DNA from: Octopus bimaculoides
Taxonomy: Eukaryota
Assembly (NCBI RefSeq): GCF_001194135.2
Contig: NC_068982.1
Coordinates: 178,076,212-178,140,211, forward strand
Direction: 5' to 3'
Length of the DNA stretch: 64,000 bases
In this document: in pieces, positions 38,560-50,470 of the stretch
Layout of the letters: every line of letters starts with the position of its first letter
Numbering within the stretch: the first letter of the stretch is position 1
The notes under the pieces: generated by a model
Databases searched by the model: none
The model's input: the letters and a program-made list of their open reading frames with translations, nothing else
What the model was told of the DNA's origin: nothing
Translations under genes and position numbers: made by a program

Positions 38560-38880
38560 TATCATCATCATCATCATCATCATCGTTTAACATATGCCTT
38601 CCATGCTGGCATGGGTTGGATGGTTTGATAGGAACTGGCCCGGCATGAGCCTGCACCAGACTTCTGTGTCTGTCTTAGTAGATTTTTACAGCTGGATGCC
38701 CTTCCTAACACCAACTACCTGGCAGATTAGACAGAGTGCTTTTTACGTGGGACAAGCACAGGCAAGATCAGTTTTGGCAAGGTTTTTACAGCTGGATGCC
38801 CTTCCAAAACACCAACAACTTTACAATGTAGACTGGATGCTTTTTGTGTGGCTTCAATACTGGCAGGGTCACTAAGTAAT
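38560..38880 (-). mobile_element. Family A 3'-end copies
   Basis: (CAT)n followed by the reverse complement of the shared tail. Confidence 0.85.
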
Positions 38881-39559
38881 TAGCAAGACAAAGATCCTTT
38901 GAGAGAAGAGGGGACATTAAAGGAGGTGATCTTGTGTCATATGATGAAAGGCTTGAATGTGATAGAGAGACAGGGAGGCAGAAACAAGTGTCTTGCTGTA
39001 GGGGAGATACATGGTAACTCAGAGAGAGAGAGAGAGAAAGAGAGTGATCAAAAATGAGAACAGAAATAAGTGTGTTACTGTAAAGGAGATACATGGCTAT
39101 CCAGCCTGAGAGAAGAGCAAGAGAGAGAGAGAGAGAGAGAGTGGGAAACAGCAAGAGCACAAGAGAGAGTAGGAGAGAGATGGTGGGGAAGTGCTGGGGC
39201 ATATTCACAAGAAACAGAGATCAGAATATAAATGGGATGGTAGAGTAAAGGAAGAGAGATAGGTGGTGGCAAGTGCCAGGGCATACCCTCAAGGTACTGA
39301 GATCATAAAATAAGTGGCAAGATATTGCCAAAGAAGCATAAGAGCTAAAAGTAGTGCAGCGACAGGTGAAAACCTGGGTCTATAGAGTTGGTGGAGGACT
39401 ACAGGATAGCAATGATACAGTGAGCAGAGCAGTGAGGACAAGATTGAGGAGTGAGAGAAGCCTAGTGCATGAAGAGGAAATGTGAGGAAGAGAAGAGATG
39501 TAGTTTGATTTGTTGGGGTAGGGTGTGTGGAAAGTTTTATTGTTAAGTGTGGGTGGAAC

Positions 39560-42160
39560 ATACAGCACTTCTAGAACTCAGTTTTGCTGATGTGGGCAGG
39601 TCTTCTCAAGAACCTCATATCACCAGACCCCCAGTTCGTTGTCAGATCATATGTGAGACCCCTCAAACTGAGATTGGTTCTCACCACTTCATCCCATGTC
39701 TTCCCGAGTCCCCTTCTTCCACAGGTACCATCTACTTTCAGTGATTGGCACTTCTTTATACTGCTGTCTTCATTTATATGCATCGCATGTCCAAACCAAT
39801 GTAGTCTTCTCTCTCGTATGCTGCATTTGATTCCCCTTATGCCCAACTTTTCTCTCGACACATTTGCACTTTGTTGTACACGCACACTGATGTTGCACAT
39901 CCAACAAAGCATACTGTCTTCATTTCTCTCTAGTCTATGCATACTGCCTTCATTTCTCTCTAGTTTGCATTTCAGAGCCCATGTCTTGTTGCCATGGAGT
40001 GTAGCCATTCACACACAACCATTGTGTAATCTAACTTTTACTCGAAGAGAGAATTCTTTCGTTGCCAACAGAGATAATAGCTTTCTGAACTTCCTCTACC
40101 CTTTTCTTATTCTGGAAACAATACCTTCAGAGCATCCTCCATCCTTGCTAAATTGGTCGCCTATGTAACAGAAATTATCTACAACCACAAGAGAGCCTCC
40201 TGGGCATTTGAGAGAATCTAAGTCCTGTGTGCCCTTAGTGCTTATTGTCCCTGCACATCTGCCACATACAAAGACAACTTTATCTGTTAATCTACCTGAG
40301 ATTCTACTGCACCTCATATATCCATAACTTACACTGGGTACAGTGAATGGAATTACTTCCAACTCCTTTCCTGCATATTGAACAGGGCCATTTACCTGAT
40401 GGAAAGAGAGTCTTATCTGCTTTCATGCTAACAACTTTGGTCATTGCTAGGTTAACTTCAAGGTCTTTGATTCCAAGTTTTGCTTCCACACCTGGAATTT
40501 TTTCTCCAATTCTGTAATAAACGCAAGGTCATCAGTATATAGTAGTTCCCATGGCCATCCAGCTTTGAATTCCTCTGTTACAGCTTGGAGGATTATGATG
40601 AATAAGAGTGGGCTGAGAATTGAACCCTAGTAAACTCTTACTTGTATGCTAAATTCACCACTGTATTCGTGGCCGACTTTTACCTTACTGACAGAACCAC
40701 TGTACATGGCTTGTACAGCTCTAACAAGCCACTCTTCTATTCCTGATTTCCTTAGAGACCACCAGATAACTGAGCAGGGGACTCTGTTGAAAGTTTTCAC
40801 CAGGTTGATGAAAGCTAAATACAATGGCTTACTTTTGACCAAATACTTTTCTTGCAGCTGTCTGACTAGGAAGACAGCATATGTGGTACTCTTCCCAGGT
40901 ACAAAAACCAAACCGCATCTCATCTAGTTTAATTTTATTTCTAATCAATTGAGCTATAACTCTCTGTGATTTTTCTGACCTGGTCCAGTAGTTTGATACC
41001 TCCATAGTTGTTTCTATCGAAGGCATCACCATTACCCTTGTAGTAACTAACTATAATACTACTACACCAGTCATTGGCAATGATACCTTCCTGAATAACC
41101 TGATTAACTATACAGATGATTAGGCTGTATCCTACACCATCAGATATTTTAATCATCTTGGCAGTGATTCCTGATGGCCCAGGGGCTTTTCCTGTCTTCA
41201 TATCCTTGATTGTCTTATCTATTATGCTACTATCAACTCTGATGGCTGGTCCCTCAATTGGTTCGATATTTGAAAGACTCTCCTTCTCCCATGCATTTTC
41301 CATATTTAGCAACCTTCCATAGTGACATTTCCATGCCTTTCTTCTCAAAGTCAGAGTGCAAGCATACCATTATCCATTCACATGCATTTCTCACCCACCA
41401 CATCTCTATTCTCTCTGATACACTACATAGCAATCCTGAACACCTCACACCTCTGATCCTCACACTGTAGAACATTCACAAATCTCTTTGCTATTCCTTC
41501 CTTTTGCTATGTAAACCTGATACTTAGCTGCCTTCTAGTTACCTGATATAATTCTCTGCTTCCATTGTTTTTCCAGGCCTGTCTCTTTGCTTTTATAGCA
41601 CTATCTACCGCTTTGTTCCACCACCATGTCACTCTCGACCTAGCTGGGACTTTGCACCAGTCACAGATTTGGTCTGCAGCCCTCAGTAGATTTTCCTGCT
41701 GGAACTTCCAATTGTCCTGTAAGCTATTAGTCCCTAACTCTTCCTCTCTTTTTGTCAGAAGCTTCCGTTAGGAAATTTCTGAATTTCTGTCTGTTTGCTG
41801 GGTCTTTGAGCTTCCATAATCTTCTTTTCCAGAATGAGTTTATTTTTCTAAGTCTTTCTAGCTTTAATTCTGAAGTCACTACCTAGTAATCTATGCTGGG
41901 TTACACATTTCCTGTGACACTTCCATGCCTCTTTCCCCTAGCAAAGACTTCACATTTGCAACCATCTATCTCATTACCTGGTGAGAAGGTAATCAATCTG
42001 GCTTATGTGTCCCCCATATTGATAAGTGATCATGTGACTGGTTGGTTTTCTGAAGTTAGTGTTGCAGATCATGAGATCATTTCAGTCTTGTTCCCTCCTC
42101 ATTCCTAAGGCCAAAGTCATGACCACCATGCACTCCATGGGGATGCTGTACAACATGTAT
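39560..42160 (-). mobile_element. Longest RTE LINE copy: APE endonuclease C-terminal part, RT, C4HC3 finger; frameshifted
   Basis: Minus strand: HGGHDFGLRNEEG, CNTNFRKPTSHMITYQYGGHISQIDYLL (APE), KAPGPSGIT, VPGKSTTYAVF, KWPCSICRKGVGSNSIHCTQCK, VDNFCYIGD, RRLHWFGH. Confidence 0.92.
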
Positions 42161-42304
42161 ATATTTGATTAATGAGAAACCCATCTAGCATCAATCCCTC
42201 ATGAGTGGGATACTGAACATCTGGTTTAGGTGTATCTGTGTCTCCTCAGGTGATTTCAAGAGTTATCTTGTTAAAATGAAATCCATTTTGCATTTCTTCT
42301 TGAT

Positions 42305-42480
42305 CATCATCATTTAATGTCCACTTTCCATGCTGGGCTGGATGGTTTGACAGGAGCTGACCAGCTGAAGGGCTGTTCAGGCTCCCTGTCTGATTTGGCA
42401 TGATTTCTATGGCTCGATGCCCTTCCTAATGCCAACCGCTTTACAGAGTGTACTGGGTGCTTTTAACATGGCACCAGCAC
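42305..42480 (-). mobile_element. Family A 3'-end copy
   Basis: Reverse complement of the shared tail; another partial copy at ~42985-43130. Confidence 0.8.
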
Positions 42481-42584
42481 CTACAAGCCCATGAGATTAG
42501 GGATATATAAATGGCATATTAAGGTATATAGCTTCATACTTACAGAAGATCCATAACAAATATCAGATACACATATATAATCAA

Positions 42585-42953
42585 CATTATTTACAATTGA
42601 TGGATATTTGTCCTCATTTTGTTTGTTGCTAACACAACGCTTCGGCTGATATACCCTCCAGCTTTCATCAGGGGGAAATTTCAAACCTGTGTTCTCATTC
42701 CTAAGGTATTTTCGATGTTATTATTATTATTATTCAGGTCACGGCCTGGAATTGAACTTGGAATCTTGGGGTTAGTAGCCTGCGCTCTTAACCACTACGC
42801 CATATGGAGTAATGGTTCAAAATTTCCCCAAGACACCTGATGAAGGCTTGAGGGCATATCAGCTGAAATGTTGTGTTAACAAACAAGATAAGGACAAATA
42901 TCCGTCAATTGTAAATAATGTACATAATTCCTCATCGTTTAAATATAGAACTG
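42585..42953. mobile_element. Inverted-dimer tRNA-headed hammerhead element (family H, copy 2)
   Basis: Same arms as 12002-12521, centred on CCATATGG (~42800-42807); direct repeat ATATATAATCAA at 42573-42584 and 42956-42967; hammerhead cores at 42832-42877 (+) and ~42631-42671 (-). Confidence 0.85.
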
Positions 42954-45900
42954 TAATATATAATCAATTAACATCTGTTCATGCTGGACAGTCTGGCAAG
43001 CTGCACCAGGCTCCAGTCTGATTTGGTATGGTTTCTATGGCTGGATGCCCTTCCTGATGCCAACCACTTTACAGTGTGTGCCAGGTGCTTTTATGTGGCA
43101 CCAGTACAAGTGCTTTTTACATGGCACTGGACTATTACAGACCAATCCTCTAACTTTTTTATTTACACCTACCCATATAACAGTCTTAATAGCTTGCCCT
43201 TTGTTTTTAAATTTAACTAACCAATTATATTGAAAGCTGGACTTTGGTCAATCCCATTACGGACAATGGGTGGTTGGGCTTTATAGTATAGCAGTAAGTA
43301 AATAAATGTAATTAATTGATGGGCATTTTATTTGGATAAACTATCAACACAATCTTAAGAACTATTATGATTACTTCTAAATGTTATGGCACTATCACTC
43401 TCTCTTTTTCTAGACCTATCGGCATATCCTATTATGGTAAAGTATTTATTTAACTTTTTTTACTATTTATACACCCTGTTATCCCTAAAGAAAGATTAGC
43501 CCACAAATTAATATTTCTAGTTTAGTCATTTACTCAATGTCCTGAAGTGTTACACTGCAAAATGGTATGATTTAAATATATTAAGCCTTCATTCTTCTTC
43601 TCAAGGCTCTTCCTCTTTCCTTTTCTTTTATGTATTTTTCTTCACTCTGATGAAACTCCATGTTCCAGATTGGATGTTATAAAATATGATATTATTCTCA
43701 GAATTTTCAATAGCAACACCGTAGGACATTGGAAGCAGAAACGGCTGTTAGATGGGATAAAGTCTTGTATTAAAAAATAATAATCGATGTAAGTCAATTG
43801 TTGTATATCAAGATTTCTCCATTTTCTGCTTAATTTAAATTATATATATATATATATATATATAAATATATATAGACACACACATACATGCACAGAGAAA
43901 CATGCATATGTGAACACACACTATTTTAACATTCATTTTGCTATGTCTGAGCAGGTCTTCTGTTCCCACCCAGTGTATCAACAATCAATGAAGTCCTTTG
44001 GCATCTTCTCAACTTCAGCACTTCATTTATCACAGGTGCCATTCACTTTGAGTACATGGGACCTCTTTCTTTATACAATTGTTCTCATTTATGTCTTTGT
44101 TAATGGTAAAAATGAGGAGGAACAACTTCCATTTCTTTACTCCTCTCCAAAAAATAGGGCTGATCACTTGTTGGATGCCTCTAATAACAGAAGTGCATGT
44201 AATCAACTATTATACCAGAGCATAGGAAGAAGTTATATTATTTTATTTTCTAATAAATCTTGGGGGTATCTGTTCAAAAGAACATAGTAAGATTACTCAG
44301 AATAAAATACACAAAGTATTAATACTGGCTTTCTTACATGTTTTATTAAAACAATGAGTCCAACAAAAGGTATTTTGTTTCATTCAAGAACAAGTGAGTG
44401 ATAGGTATAAAAGATTAAATACCAAATGTGTTCACATTTATAAAAATATTAACACATTTCTGTGTTTATATTTATAATTTATATACTTATATTTATAGAT
44501 AATTTATATGCATAGTTATTTTTCCATATAAGTGAAATGTTTTATTAAGTGTAAAAGTAACTGAGTCTGCTACCAGTGACTGCAAATGTGATTAGGTTTA
44601 CAGCAGTCAATTCATAACTAAAGGTGTTTTAGACAGTAAATCATTTCTCTACAGAAGAGCAGTTTCATATACCAGTAGTTTACACTGTTCAATATGGCAG
44701 AACAGATCAAAAAGAGGAGAGTAAATTAGAAAATTCCTGACAAGGCCCCATCATAAAATATGTTAATATAGCTCAATCAGCTTGGAATTATCTTAAAGCT
44801 TACTCAATTATTTCTTCATTACATTAATGGCATTTTTGTTGCCTCCTGCAGCCAGAGCTATTCCTTCTACAAGATTGGCACCCACAACTTCACCATCTCT
44901 TACTGGACTTGTCCATCTTCTCTGAACAGTCTTCTAAAAGATTCTGTTGTGAGCACTAATGCACATCATAAGAAAACAAAACTCAACATTCCTACTACAA
45001 TGAACAATTCCAGACCTTCATATTACTAACAAACATTAGACTGTTATTCACATGCATCATCAGCCTTTGTGATACAGTTTTGGCATTCTATTCAAGTCCT
45101 TTCAATCCTTTATAACCCTAAATATGCTTGGAATATAGAGCATATGATTGAAACTGAAGAAGTTAATACAGTGTAGTTCCTTGGCTCCTTGCAAGAAGCC
45201 CTGGGTGAGAAGAAAATTTCAACCTTAAATAGTTTTAGGAATATTTGTTGCTGGTTGGGGAAGGGAAATTGTATTTAATATTCTCACTGATTAGAATTGT
45301 ATGGGTAAGCTCTTGCAGAGATGTGACTTGCTTATGAATAACCAGTTGTGAAAATTTCACTTCAGCTATTTGGCTAATGCTCTCGAGAAAGACAAGAATA
45401 TCATTAATTATAGTTTTCCTTTCTATAACATTGAAATATTTTACCTAGGAAACCAATTAAATATTCCCCACCATTAATATTAAAACATTAATTCATTATC
45501 ACCTCTTATTGTCTACTCTTTGTCAACTGCAACATTTAATCAGAAATATAGAAAGCAGTGAATAAATTCTTAAATTTTCAATCAGTTGAGGATGTCAATG
45601 TATTTTTGTATAAGAAATAATCTCAGATTCAAAATCTAAAAAAATATTTTATTTATGTTCTCTGAGTTTTATTATATTAACATTTATCAATACTTCCTCA
45701 TACCACCAATATCTCATGCAATTTTACTAACCCTTTATCAAGAAAAAAACATCTAAAATTATGAGGATGATTGTGCAGCTTAGAAAACCTTCAGAAGAAA
45801 AGATAACTGCTTAATGTTTCCCCAAGAACTGCTGGAATTTCAGTGGAAGTTCAGTTAAGCTTAATATTTTATGCCATTCAAGAAATATTTCAGCTATTCA

Positions 45901-46485
45901 CATCTTTTATATTTTTATCTAACACTAACTGGTATATCCTTTAATAATCTTAGTTGCTGTTATTCATTAAAGGCCCCATCAATCATTACAATTTATTACA
46001 GATTTATTCCATCAATTTTTTACTTGTAATATATCATCCCAAATATAAAGTGAAGCCAAACATTTAAATGACTTTTAAAAAAAGTTATAGAGAAAAATAT
46101 CCAAATAACAAAGAAATCAGAATAAAATATTTATCACTTTCTGTACAATGGTTTCATATTTCATTCCTAGAGTTTTTATAACAATTCCCTCATTAGAGTG
46201 TCCATTCACTACAGAAAGATTTGTAGAAGGGATGTTAAAATAATTTTTATAAAGGATTACATGTAATTAAAATGAAAAGAAATAAGTAGGAAAAAAAAAA
46301 AAACGAAAATATCTAATTCAGTCAACAATATTAGAAGCCCACTTTTAAAGTATTCGTTATGTTTTTTTGTTTTTTGTATTTATTTACACCATCACAAATT
46401 TGTTAAGTAATGGTGTTACTGAAGTTGGAGTTCTGTAATGACACAAGTTTTAATAGAACAATACACATCATGGCTAGATATTTTC

Positions 46486-46570
46486 TTAGCGTCTTCGGTT
46501 ACTGCCGCCAGACAAAATTGTGACAATCCGAATAAAAATGTTTATTGTGTCCATATAAATACCAATAGAA
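46486..46570 (-). CDS. GHITM: GHITM/TMBIM5 coding exon 7 (last): (S)SIGIYMDTINIFIRIVTILSGGSNRRR*
   Basis: Poly-T tract plus CAG acceptor at 46572-46571; phase 2; conserved YMDTINIF; TAA ends at 46486. Confidence 0.95.
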
Positions 46571-46573
46571 CTG

Positions 46574-46605
<32 letters not shown>

Positions 46606-47620
46606 AGCAACATATAAAAATATTCAGAATAGTTATATTTTTCCTTTTTCAGACATAATGGATAAAGAGAGTCCTTTACCAAGCAACAACCTAAAGGAAT
46701 CTTTATTATAAGGAAAGTGGTCACTTGTTAGCTATAAATACAACATACTAATGAACAAGTACCATGTTTCCCTTGTGCATTTTATTTTCACATATGTTTC
46801 TCTGGTTAGATGCTTTTTTTATCACCAAACGCTTTACAGATTGTATCAGGAACATTTTACTGTGGACCAACACTAGTGAGGTTGTCATGACCTTGACAAG
46901 ACAGGACTATGGGAGTTCACTCAATCCCATAGTGTCTTTGCTTGTTCAGAGTGTACTGGAGACATTTTACCCACAGTAATCAATACAGTAGATAGAGCAG
47001 AGGGTAACTGCAGGGTCTGGCAGAGAGAAAGAGAGAAAAGTGAGAGTATGGATTAACAGAAGGGAGAAATAGGTGAGGCAGGACTTTGCTTGATAAAGTG
47101 GGCAACGAGAGTGACCTGGGGAGAGAGAGTGATAGCTAAAGAACAGAAGAGTAAAGAAAGACAGATTTCAATAAAGGAGTCACCTGAGAGAAGGAGGGTA
47201 ATAACAAGTAGCACATGTTTCGTGGTAAGAGAGAGGGCTGTATCAAATTACATTAGATCCAATGGGCAGGCCCTCTCTCTCACTCCGACTGTCTTTCTAT
47301 CTTTCTCTCTCTCAAACTTTCTTACCTTCCTCTCCTTTCTCCACTCCCTCTCCCAGCTGAGAGAGGGAGTGGAACCAAGAGTGTCATATAGAAAGCACCC
47401 AGAACACTCTGTAAAGTGGTTGGCGTTAAGAAGGGCACCTAGCCATAGAAACCATGCCAAAAAAGACAATTGGAACCTGTTGCAAATCCCTGGCATGCCA
47501 GATCCTATCCAACCCATGCAAGCATGGAAAATGGACATTAAATGATGATGAAAATACCTCTGTGAAATAATCTATTAAAACAAAAATCTAAAATTAATTC
47601 AGATCCTTAAAAATACCAAC

Positions 47621-47792
47621 CTGTCAATAGGGTCATATGGTCGCATGGCATACACCGGGTGTGTTTCTGCTTTTTTGATAATTTTTTGAGTATCATACAA
47701 TAAGAACATTGAAAAGAGAACCAAACCACCATAGATGCTTATAGAGTAAAGACCAGCACCAAGAGCTGTGGTAGGAGGTAGGAACATGCCAC
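47621..47792 (-). CDS. GHITM: GHITM coding exon 6: GMFLPPTTALGAGLYSISIYGGLVLFSMFLLYDTQKIIKKAETHPVYAMRPYDPID
   Basis: TTTTCAG acceptor, GTTGGT donor, 172 nt, phase 1 to 2; conserved LLYDTQK. Confidence 0.96.
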
Positions 47793-47898
47793 CTGAAAAT
47801 AAAGAAAAAACAAATTAATATTTCAAAATTCTATATTCCTAATTTGGATAAAACTTATAACCACTTCCCCCTCACAAATTTATATAATCATATATATA

Positions 47899-48318
47899 GG
47901 CGCAGGAGTGGCTGTGTGGTAAGTAGCTTGCTTACCAACCACATGGTTCCGGGTTCAGTCCCACTGTGTGGCACCTTGGGCAAGTGTCTTCTACTATAGC
48001 CTCGGGCCGACCAAAGCCTTGTGAGTGAATTTGGTAGACGGAAACTGAAAGAAGCCCGTCGTATGTATATATATATATATATATGTGTATGTGTGTGTGT
48101 TTGTGTGTCTGTGTTTGTCCCCTACAACATCGCTTGATAACCGATGCTGGTGTGCTTATGTCCCCGTAACTTAGCAGTTCGGCAAAAGAGACCGATAGAA
48201 TAAGTACTAGGCTTCCAAAGAATAAGTCCCAGGGTCGATTTGCTCGATTAAAGGCGGTGCTCCAGCATGGCCACAGTCAAATGACTGAAACAAGTAAAAG
48301 AGTTAAAGAGAGTAAAGA
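47899..48318 (+). mobile_element. Full-length tRNA-derived SINE (family D, CORE-like)
   Basis: GGCGCAGGAGTGGCTGTGTGGTAAG head, GGTTCAGTCC B box, CACCTTGGGCAAGTGTCTT core-like block, internal (TA)/(TG)n, (GAGTAAA)-like tail. Confidence 0.88.
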
Positions 48319-48345
48319 GTATATATTAGGTTGTTCTGAATTCTA

Positions 48346-48425
48346 GCACTGTGCTGGTTACAATGAAGAGGGTTCCAGTTGATCCAATCACTGGAACAGC
48401 CTGCTCATGAAATTAACTTGTAAGT
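48346..48425 (-). mobile_element. Family C SINE 3' end, runs into gap
   Basis: Matches 53748-53830. Confidence 0.8.
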
Positions 48426-48927
48426 NNNNNNNNNNNNNNNNNNNNNNNNNNNNNNNNNNNNNNNNNNNNNNNNNNNNNNNNNNNNNNNNNNNNNNNNNNN
48501 NNNNNNNNNNNNNNNNNNNNNNNNNNNNNNNNNNNNNNNNNNNNNNNNNNNNNNNNNNNNNNNNNNNNNNNNNNNNNNNNNNNNNNNNNNNNNNNNNNNN
48601 NNNNNNNNNNNNNNNNNNNNNNNNNNNNNNNNNNNNNNNNNNNNNNNNNNNNNNNNNNNNNNNNNNNNNNNNNNNNNNNNNNNNNNNNNNNNNNNNNNNN
48701 NNNNNNNNNNNNNNNNNNNNNNNNNNNNNNNNNNNNNNNNNNNNNNNNNNNNNNNNNNNNNNNNNNNNNNNNNNNNNNNNNNNNNNNNNNNNNNNNNNNN
48801 NNNNNNNNNNNNNNNNNNNNNNNNNNNNNNNNNNNNNNNNNNNNNNNNNNNNNNNNNNNNNNNNNNNNNNNNNNNNNNNNNNNNNNNNNNNNNNNNNNNN
48901 NNNNNNNNNNNNNNNNNNNNNNNNNNN
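48426..48927. other. Assembly gap (also 51006-51041, 62040-62049, 63618-63948)
   Basis: N runs. Confidence 1.
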
Positions 48928-49277
48928 GCGGTTTTGATTCCCAGACCAGGCGTTGTGATTGTTTATTGAGCGAAAGCACCTAAAGCTCCACGTGGCTCCG
49001 GCAGGGGTGGGGGAAACCCTGCTGTACTCTTTCACCACAACTTTCTCTTGCTCTTACTTCCTGTTTCTGTTGTGCCTGTATTTCAAAGGGTCAGCCTTGT
49101 CACACTGTGTCACACTGTGTCACACTGTGTCACGCTGAATATCCCCGAGAACTACGTTAAGGGTACATGTGTCTGTGGAGTGCTCAGCCACTTGCGTGTT
49201 AATTTCACGAGCAGACTGTTCTGTTGATCGGATCAACTGGAATTCTCGACGTCGTAAGCGACGGAGTGCCAGCAACA
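48928..49277 (+). mobile_element. Family C SINE, head lost in gap
   Basis: GCGGTTTTGATTCCCAGACC B-box remnant, body and GTCGTAAGCGACGGAGTGCCAGCAACA tail. Confidence 0.9.
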
Positions 49278-50252
49278 TATTAGACCATTGCATTTCATCA
49301 GTCATATTTCTGATCACTGTTAACACAGTGTCCTATTCATATCCTCATCCTAACTAAGATTTATTTGAAAATGGTTAGAGTATAAATACTTTACCTGGTT
49401 TAAATATATCATTTCTGGAAAAAAAAAAAAAAAAAAAAAAATCACATCCCCCCTTAAACCCAATAGCACCACTCATAGTGCTCTTTTCTCAGTTCACAAT
49501 GCTTCTAAGGACGTGCTATCACCCTGGTTAAGAATGATTTGCTGAGCCAGATAATGATGCATTCACAAATATACACAATATTCAAGGGAAAGCAGATTTG
49601 ATTTGGTGTAAGTTTAGCAGCTAAAATATTTTCTAGTTTTGAAAAGAAAACCTAGCCTTTGTGATAAAATCTTGGTTACATTATAAATAGGATATCTGGA
49701 AAATTTTGCTTTATTTTGGTAAAAAAATAAGGATCCGATCAGTATTTATTAGTTCATCATTGGATAAGAAATGTCTACTTCTTGAGAAATGAATAAAAGA
49801 CACTAATGGTCAGATTATACTCAAAATTGTGTATAATTTATATGTTTAATGTACTTTTTAGGATATTGGATATGCCTTAAAAGTTACAACAAATATGGTT
49901 CAAATAGTACAGAAACAAGTTAGTTTCTGAGAATAACTTCAGATTAAGCACACAGCTGAAAGAATTCATTATACCAAAACAGCTGACTAAGTATTATTTC
50001 TGGCTAAGTCAATTTGCTGTGAACATATCTTCAGACAAATGAACATCAATGTTATAGGCTATAATTGGAAAATATCTGCATCTGCATGTTCAACTTAACT
50101 ATTTATTAATACTATTCTTATATTTAATAAATCTAGCTAGCTCCTGAAAAGTGAGTTGAATAAGTAAAAAAGACAGAATATAAACATTGAGAATGTAAAA
50201 TTCAATTGAAAATAACTTTTACCTAAACATAAAGGAAAAAGAAAAATCTTAC

Positions 50253-50351
50253 CAATAGAAGATACAAACACAACACCAAGACCAGCAGCCAAAGGTCCAC
50301 CCATATTCAAAAACTTCTCACTTGGTGCACACATGGCCAATGTAGATAAAC
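50253..50351 (-). CDS. GHITM: GHITM coding exon 5: (G)LSTLAMCAPSEKFLNMGGPLAAGLGVVFVSSI(G)
   Basis: TAAG acceptor, GTAAGA donor, 99 nt, phase 1-1; MCAPSEKFLNMG is conserved in GHITM. Confidence 0.95.
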
Positions 50352-50470
50352 CTTACAGGATAAAATGCAAATATTTACTTCTGACAGAGATAATATAAAA
50401 AATCTTTTTTGTATTTCAAGAAAACTGAAAAGAAAACAGAGTTTTGTAAGGAAATAAAATTTGCAACCAG

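Noticed and set aside
48388-49038. Long ORFs at 48388-49038 and 63428-63964
   Set aside because: They exist only because N runs contain no stop codons.
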